From positions 1 to 42,584 of the forward strand of contig JBMFMV010000007.1 of NCBI GenBank assembly GCA_049970495.1: a DNA stretch of 42,584 nucleotides, written 5' to 3'. The notes under the pieces are model-generated. The model made no database searches. It saw nothing but the letters and a program-made list of their open reading frames with translations, and had not been told where the DNA came from. Positions 38,603 to 42,584 of this stretch are shown one piece after another. Every line of letters starts with the position of its first letter. Positions within the stretch are counted from its first letter, which is position 1. Both the position numbers and the translations under genes were made by a program. The stretch is from a bacterium (GTDB taxonomy: Bacteria; DUMJ01).

Positions 38603-39856
38603 CTATACTGTAAGATCAATTAAATTACCTATACTTCTCATTTCAACCATTTCTATGCTCTTTTCTTCTTTATAGGAATATAGAGTGGTAATTTTGACAT
38701 GTCTATTCCTTCTATAAGAAAAATTCCCTGCCTCATCCATTATATAGACACTAATACTCCCCAATTCAAGACCCTTTTCTAGTAAACTTCTCCTGAGACT
38801 ATCTATATCACTCTCTATGAGATCTCTCAGTCTTTCACTTGAAACTACTAATCTAATATTTACTTTATCCTCCTCTAGAAATATTCTTGCCCTCACCTCC
38901 TCTGAAATCCCAGGATGTAACTTCAAAATTGCTTCCCCTGTCTTACTGTCGCCAGAGATTCTCTCTGAAACCAATCTTGTAAGCTTTTCTACAAAATTGG
39001 TCTCTTGTTCCAGTGGTATACGGTTAATGAGTAACTTCCTATCTGTCTTTAGGTTCATATAATTAAAATTATTATCTTCTAAGACTTTACTAGTTCTATT
39101 TACCCTTTTAGATAGGGGGCCTTTATCCTCTGAATTATAAACTCCTCCTATTTCAGAGTTTTCTACCTTATTTGATCTAGAAATTTTTAACTCTTCAATG
39201 TTATTAAGCTTAAGTTGTTCACTAGCTTCATTAGTTAGTCTAGGGAGTTCACTAGTGGTTATCCTCTCACTAGTTTCATTAGTTAGTCTAGGGAGTTCAC
39301 TAGTGGTTATCCTCTCACTAGTTTCATTAGTTAGTCTAGAAGTAAATTTGCTTTCTAACTTGGAAGCACCAAATAGCTCTTTGGTTAATTTAGGCCCTAA
39401 GTCTTTACTAACTTCCGAAATAAGCACCTGCGTTTGTGATACCTTTTTTATAGCTATCTCTTTATTATTGACCTTAAAGATTACTTCATCGCCTGGTTTC
39501 ATTTTAGAGTATATAGTAAAGAATTGTTCAGGTATATTTTGGTTTTTCAATAGCTCTATAATTTCTTCCTTCATTACTTCATCTAAAGTATCTATCGAAA
39601 ATGTAACCTGGTAAGGAGGTTGTGAATTTATGAATATAACTTGATAAATAGTAGGTTCTGATACTCCTTTTGTCTTATCTTTAGTTCTTCTCTCTTCTAA
39701 AGATAAATTTAATTCTGTAAAAAGTATTTTTAAAAAATCTAATCCTTTATTACTTCTACACTGCACAGACTCTAATTCTTGACTAATCTTTACTTTATTC
39801 TGTAGCCTTTCTATTAGAGAATTTATTAGATTCAAGTACCTATCCTCCCCATCCAA
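38603..39856 (-). CDS. fliK: Hook-length control protein
   Basis: C-terminal T3S4-like domain (AILKLHP..V..IRL..LRRSL..GL); variable N-terminus; upstream of flgD. Confidence 0.82.
   Translation of the reverse strand: MDGEDRYLNLINSLIERLQNKVKISQELESVQCRSNKGLDFLKILFTELNLSLEERRTKDKTKGVSEPTIYQVIFINSQPPYQVTFSIDTLDEVMKEEIIELLKNQNIPEQFFTIYSKMKPGDEVIFKVNNKEIAIKKVSQTQVLISEVSKDLGPKLTKELFGASKLESKFTSRLTNETSERITTSELPRLTNETSERITTSELPRLTNEASEQLKLNNIEELKISRSNKVENSEIGGVYNSEDKGPLSKRVNRTSKVLEDNNFNYMNLKTDRKLLINRIPLEQETNFVEKLTRLVSERISGDSKTGEAILKLHPGISEEVRARIFLEEDKVNIRLVVSSERLRDLIESDIDSLRRSLLEKGLELGSISVYIMDEAGNFSYRRNRHVKITTLYSYKEEKSIEMVEMRSIGNLIDLTV
39219..39339. repeat. 48-bp in-frame tandem repeat (about 2.5 copies) in fliK
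   Basis: Identical units 39227-39274 and 39275-39322, partial unit to 39339; encodes RLTNETSERITTSELP twice plus RLTNEASE. Confidence 0.97.
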
Positions 39857-40379
39857 GCTTATTGGATAAATTTACAGCCTTAGCTGGACTCAGATATTGA
39901 AATATTTCACCAGCCTTCTCTTTATTTAGTAAAGATAATATCTCTACTGCTCTATCTTCTTCTATCCCTTCAATAATCCTTGCAGCAGACTTAGCCTCCA
40001 TGTTTTCCACTAGACTCACTAACTTTTTAACGTTCTGCTCTTTTTTATCTAACTTACTCTTTACTAGATTTAATTCTGCCTTTAGACTATAGATCAATTT
40101 ATTCTTCTGATTTAATTGTAACCTTGCCATATCTAGCTCACTATTGGCTCCTTTAAGTTTATTTTCCAACAGCGCTACCTGATTTTCCAACTCTTTAATA
40201 CGGCTTTTAAGCAGATCAATCTGGTCTACCTTTTGTTTTGGTCGTACGTAATTTGAAACTATTGGCACATTACTCAATGTATTAATTACTAAGTTCCTAG
40301 TTGTTGGTAAAAAATATAGAAAACCTCCTGCAATTATTATGAAGAGTAATAGTATTAAAATCAAACTAAATATTTTCAT
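39840..40379 (-). CDS. MotE/YlxF-like protein (TM, coiled coil, MgtE-N-like domain)
   Basis: MEAKSAARII..AVEIL..AGEI; between fliJ and fliK. Confidence 0.8.
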   Translation of the reverse strand: MKIFSLILILLLFIIIAGGFLYFLPTTRNLVINTLSNVPIVSNYVRPKQKVDQIDLLKSRIKELENQVALLENKLKGANSELDMARLQLNQKNKLIYSLKAELNLVKSKLDKKEQNVKKLVSLVENMEAKSAARIIEGIEEDRAVEILSLLNKEKAGEIFQYLSPAKAVNLSNKLGWGG

Positions 40380-40812
40380 ACCTTCTTAAATACCTAATCG
40401 TTCCGTTTTCATCTAATATTATATTCTCTAGCTGCTTTAATTTCAACTGATATAGCATAAGGTCCTTCTCTTTTAGTTTTTCCATAGATTTCTTCTTTAT
40501 ATCCCAATATAATAATATCTCCCTCTGTTGTGTTATCATTTCATCCAACTCTCTTAACTTATTCTTCTGTATATCTATTTCCTCCCGCTTTCTCTCTAAA
40601 TAGTATCTTATAACTACCCCAAAACTAATGTCATCTTTATTTTCTAAAAATTTCCTTTCTGCATATTCCTTCTCTTCTTTTATAAGCTTTAACTTGTTCT
40701 CTTCTTCCATATATCTAATCCTAAGCTCTGCAAGCTTCCTCTTAGCCTCTTCTTGCTTTTTTTCATACCAATCCAATATCTTTTCAAACCTAAACTTGAA
40801 ATTAGTAGCCAT
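40366..40812 (-). CDS. fliJ: Flagellar export protein FliJ
   Basis: FKFRFEKIL N-terminus, coiled coil, KLKEK..LDE; follows fliI. Confidence 0.88.
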   Translation of the reverse strand: MATNFKFRFEKILDWYEKKQEEAKRKLAELRIRYMEEENKLKLIKEEKEYAERKFLENKDDISFGVVIRYYLERKREEIDIQKNKLRELDEMITQQREILLYWDIKKKSMEKLKEKDLMLYQLKLKQLENIILDENGTIRYLRRYENI

Positions 40813-42136
40813 AACTTCCGACTATCTCCATCATAAGTCTTAATGTATCCTCAAGGGTAATTTTTTCTTCTATCTCTTGAGAGAGAAAAGAGTAAATTTT
40901 AGGTATCAGTTCTTTAGCAGAATCTACTCTTGGGTCAGTCCCATTCACATATGCTCCAATTTGGATTAGGTCCTTTGCCTGCATATATACATTTATTATT
41001 TCTCTTATCTTATTTGCAATTTTCATATGTTCTTTTGAGACTATATCTGGCATTACTCTACTTACGCTTGCTAGTACATCAATGGGGGGGTATCTATTCT
41101 CCATAGCTATACTTCTTGATAAAACAATGTGCCCATCAAGAATAGCCCTTACCGAATCTGCAATCGGCTCATTCATATCATCCGCCTCTACAAGCACAGT
41201 ATAAAATCCAGTAATACTACCTTTATCACTATTCCCTGCCCTCTCTAATAATGTTGGGAGAAGAGCAAAGACGCTGGGAGTATAGCCCTTTGTTGTTGGA
41301 GGTTCTCCGCTAGCTAATCCAATTTCTCTCTGTGCCATGGCAAATCTAGTAACAGAATCCATTAATAATATGACATCTTTTCCCATATCTCTAAAATACT
41401 CTGCTATAGCAGTAGCAGTAAATGCTGCTTTAAGTCTCAATAGAGGTGGTTGGTCAGAAGTGGCTACAACTACCACTGATTTTTTTAAACCTTCGTCCCC
41501 TAAAGACTTTTCTATAAAATCTCTTACCTCCCTACCTCGTTCTCCAATAAGAGCTATGACACTTACATCTGCTTTGCTGTGTCTTGCTATCATACCAAGG
41601 AGTGTACTCTTTCCCACTCCACTTCCAGCAAATATCCCTATACGTTGCCCCTTCCCACATGTTAGCAGTCCGTCTATTGCCTTTACGCCTACAGATAAAA
41701 TCTCATTTATTCTAGCCCTTTTGAGAGGATGAGGAGGTACATTATCTAAAGGGTACTCTACTCCCTCTGTGATTGGATCTCCGCCATCAATTGGAGATCC
41801 AAGTGCATCTAGGACTCTTCCTAGTATATCAGGATTTATTTTAACAGAGAGAGGTTTCCCTAAGGGGGTAACCTTCATCCCTGGCTTTATTCCATTTATT
41901 TTCCCCACAGGCATTAAAATAAGTTTATTCCCTTTAAAGCCAACAACCTCTACAAGAAACTCTTCTTCGCTACTTGAAGAATACACCCTACATACCTCTC
42001 CTACAGAGGCAGTAGGCCCTATAGACTCTACAGTAAGCCCAGTTACCGTGTCTATAAAACCTATAAGCTTAAAAGGTTTTATACTAGCAATCTTTTCTCT
42101 ATAGATACTAAGGTCTAGACAAATTGATGAAGACAC
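40802..42136 (-). CDS. fliI: Flagellar export ATPase
   Basis: GIFAGSGVGKST, LIGERGREV, MDSVTRFAMAQRE, LDGHIVLSR. Confidence 0.97.
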   Translation of the reverse strand: MSSSICLDLSIYREKIASIKPFKLIGFIDTVTGLTVESIGPTASVGEVCRVYSSSSEEEFLVEVVGFKGNKLILMPVGKINGIKPGMKVTPLGKPLSVKINPDILGRVLDALGSPIDGGDPITEGVEYPLDNVPPHPLKRARINEILSVGVKAIDGLLTCGKGQRIGIFAGSGVGKSTLLGMIARHSKADVSVIALIGERGREVRDFIEKSLGDEGLKKSVVVVATSDQPPLLRLKAAFTATAIAEYFRDMGKDVILLMDSVTRFAMAQREIGLASGEPPTTKGYTPSVFALLPTLLERAGNSDKGSITGFYTVLVEADDMNEPIADSVRAILDGHIVLSRSIAMENRYPPIDVLASVSRVMPDIVSKEHMKIANKIREIINVYMQAKDLIQIGAYVNGTDPRVDSAKELIPKIYSFLSQEIEEKITLEDTLRLMMEIVGSYGY

Positions 42137-42584
42137 TTCTAAAACTCTCCTCTATCTCCCTAAATCGCTCCTTTAACCTAAGCTCTACCTGTTCCCCGGG
42201 AGATATAACTACTATGTCGCCTTCATCTAGTTTTTCGTCACTTGCCAACTCAACCTTACTTACCCCTAAAATTGATAGACTTTTATCATTTATCAGCCCA
42301 AACAATTTTGGATTAATTATTATTCTAATGGATTCTTTCTCTTTCATTAGAGAAATAGCATTTGCTATAATATTCAAGATGATTTCTGGATTTAATAATA
42401 ACTCTGTAAAGGTGAGTTTTTCAGCAATTTCAAGCGCCATTTGTGCTATTTCATACTTATATTCCTCAAACAGTCTATGCCTTTCGGTTAAGATCTCTTC
42501 TCCTAATTTTTTTATATTTTCTACTTCCTTTGCAAAATATCTTATTCCTTCTTCGTAACCCTTTTGATAGCCGATTTCGTATCC
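42108..42584 (-). CDS. fliH: Flagellar export regulator FliH, partial (starts beyond the right edge)
   Basis: Frame is open to the window edge with GYEIGYQKGYEEG (GxxxG repeats); upstream of fliI. Confidence 0.9.
   Translation of the reverse strand, partial: GYEIGYQKGYEEGIRYFAKEVENIKKLGEEILTERHRLFEEYKYEIAQMALEIAEKLTFTELLLNPEIILNIIANAISLMKEKESIRIIINPKLFGLINDKSLSILGVSKVELASDEKLDEGDIVVISPGEQVELRLKERFREIEESFRSVFINLSRP

Noticed and set aside
39219..39339. fliK repeat as a CRISPR array
   Set aside because: The units are contiguous with no unique spacers and lie in frame in a CDS.
41773..41802. 10-bp inverted repeat in fliI (ttggatctcc / ggagatccaa)
   Set aside because: About one such repeat is expected by chance in a window this size, and it lies in conserved coding sequence.
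1467..42558. Many short antisense or alternate-frame ORFs in the track (e.g. 1467-1760, 6321-6521, 18342-18716, 23944-24435, 33507-34007, 42124-42558)
   Set aside because: They lie within or largely overlap well-supported genes, are Ser/Ile/Phe-biased shadows, and have no recognisable motifs.

Overview
AT-rich bacterial chromosomal window, almost fully coding, with no rRNA, tRNA, CRISPR array or mobile element visible. It has three blocks. (1) 1-6118, minus strand: a branched-chain amino acid ABC operon (livK-livH-livM-livG, no livF) running directly into metK and a partial priA whose helicase motifs are degenerate. (2) 6244-15438, plus strand: a small MamI-like membrane protein, a stand-alone RAMP (Cas7/Csm3-like) protein with no other cas gene or array, long HPF, a membrane HD-GYP protein, an EF-G2-type paralog, an LCP protein and a three-gene CoA-activase/reductase cluster resembling split PlsAR/Ger ether-lipid enzymes. 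(3) 15424-42584, minus strand: a very compact Firmicutes/Thermotogae-style fla/che operon of about 27 kb (fliH through fliA, then DUF342) ending in a PRC-barrel gene and unknown genes. The best candidate for an undescribed system is the orphan RAMP protein next to ribosome-dormancy genes. All family calls come from motif recognition by eye; no searches were run.
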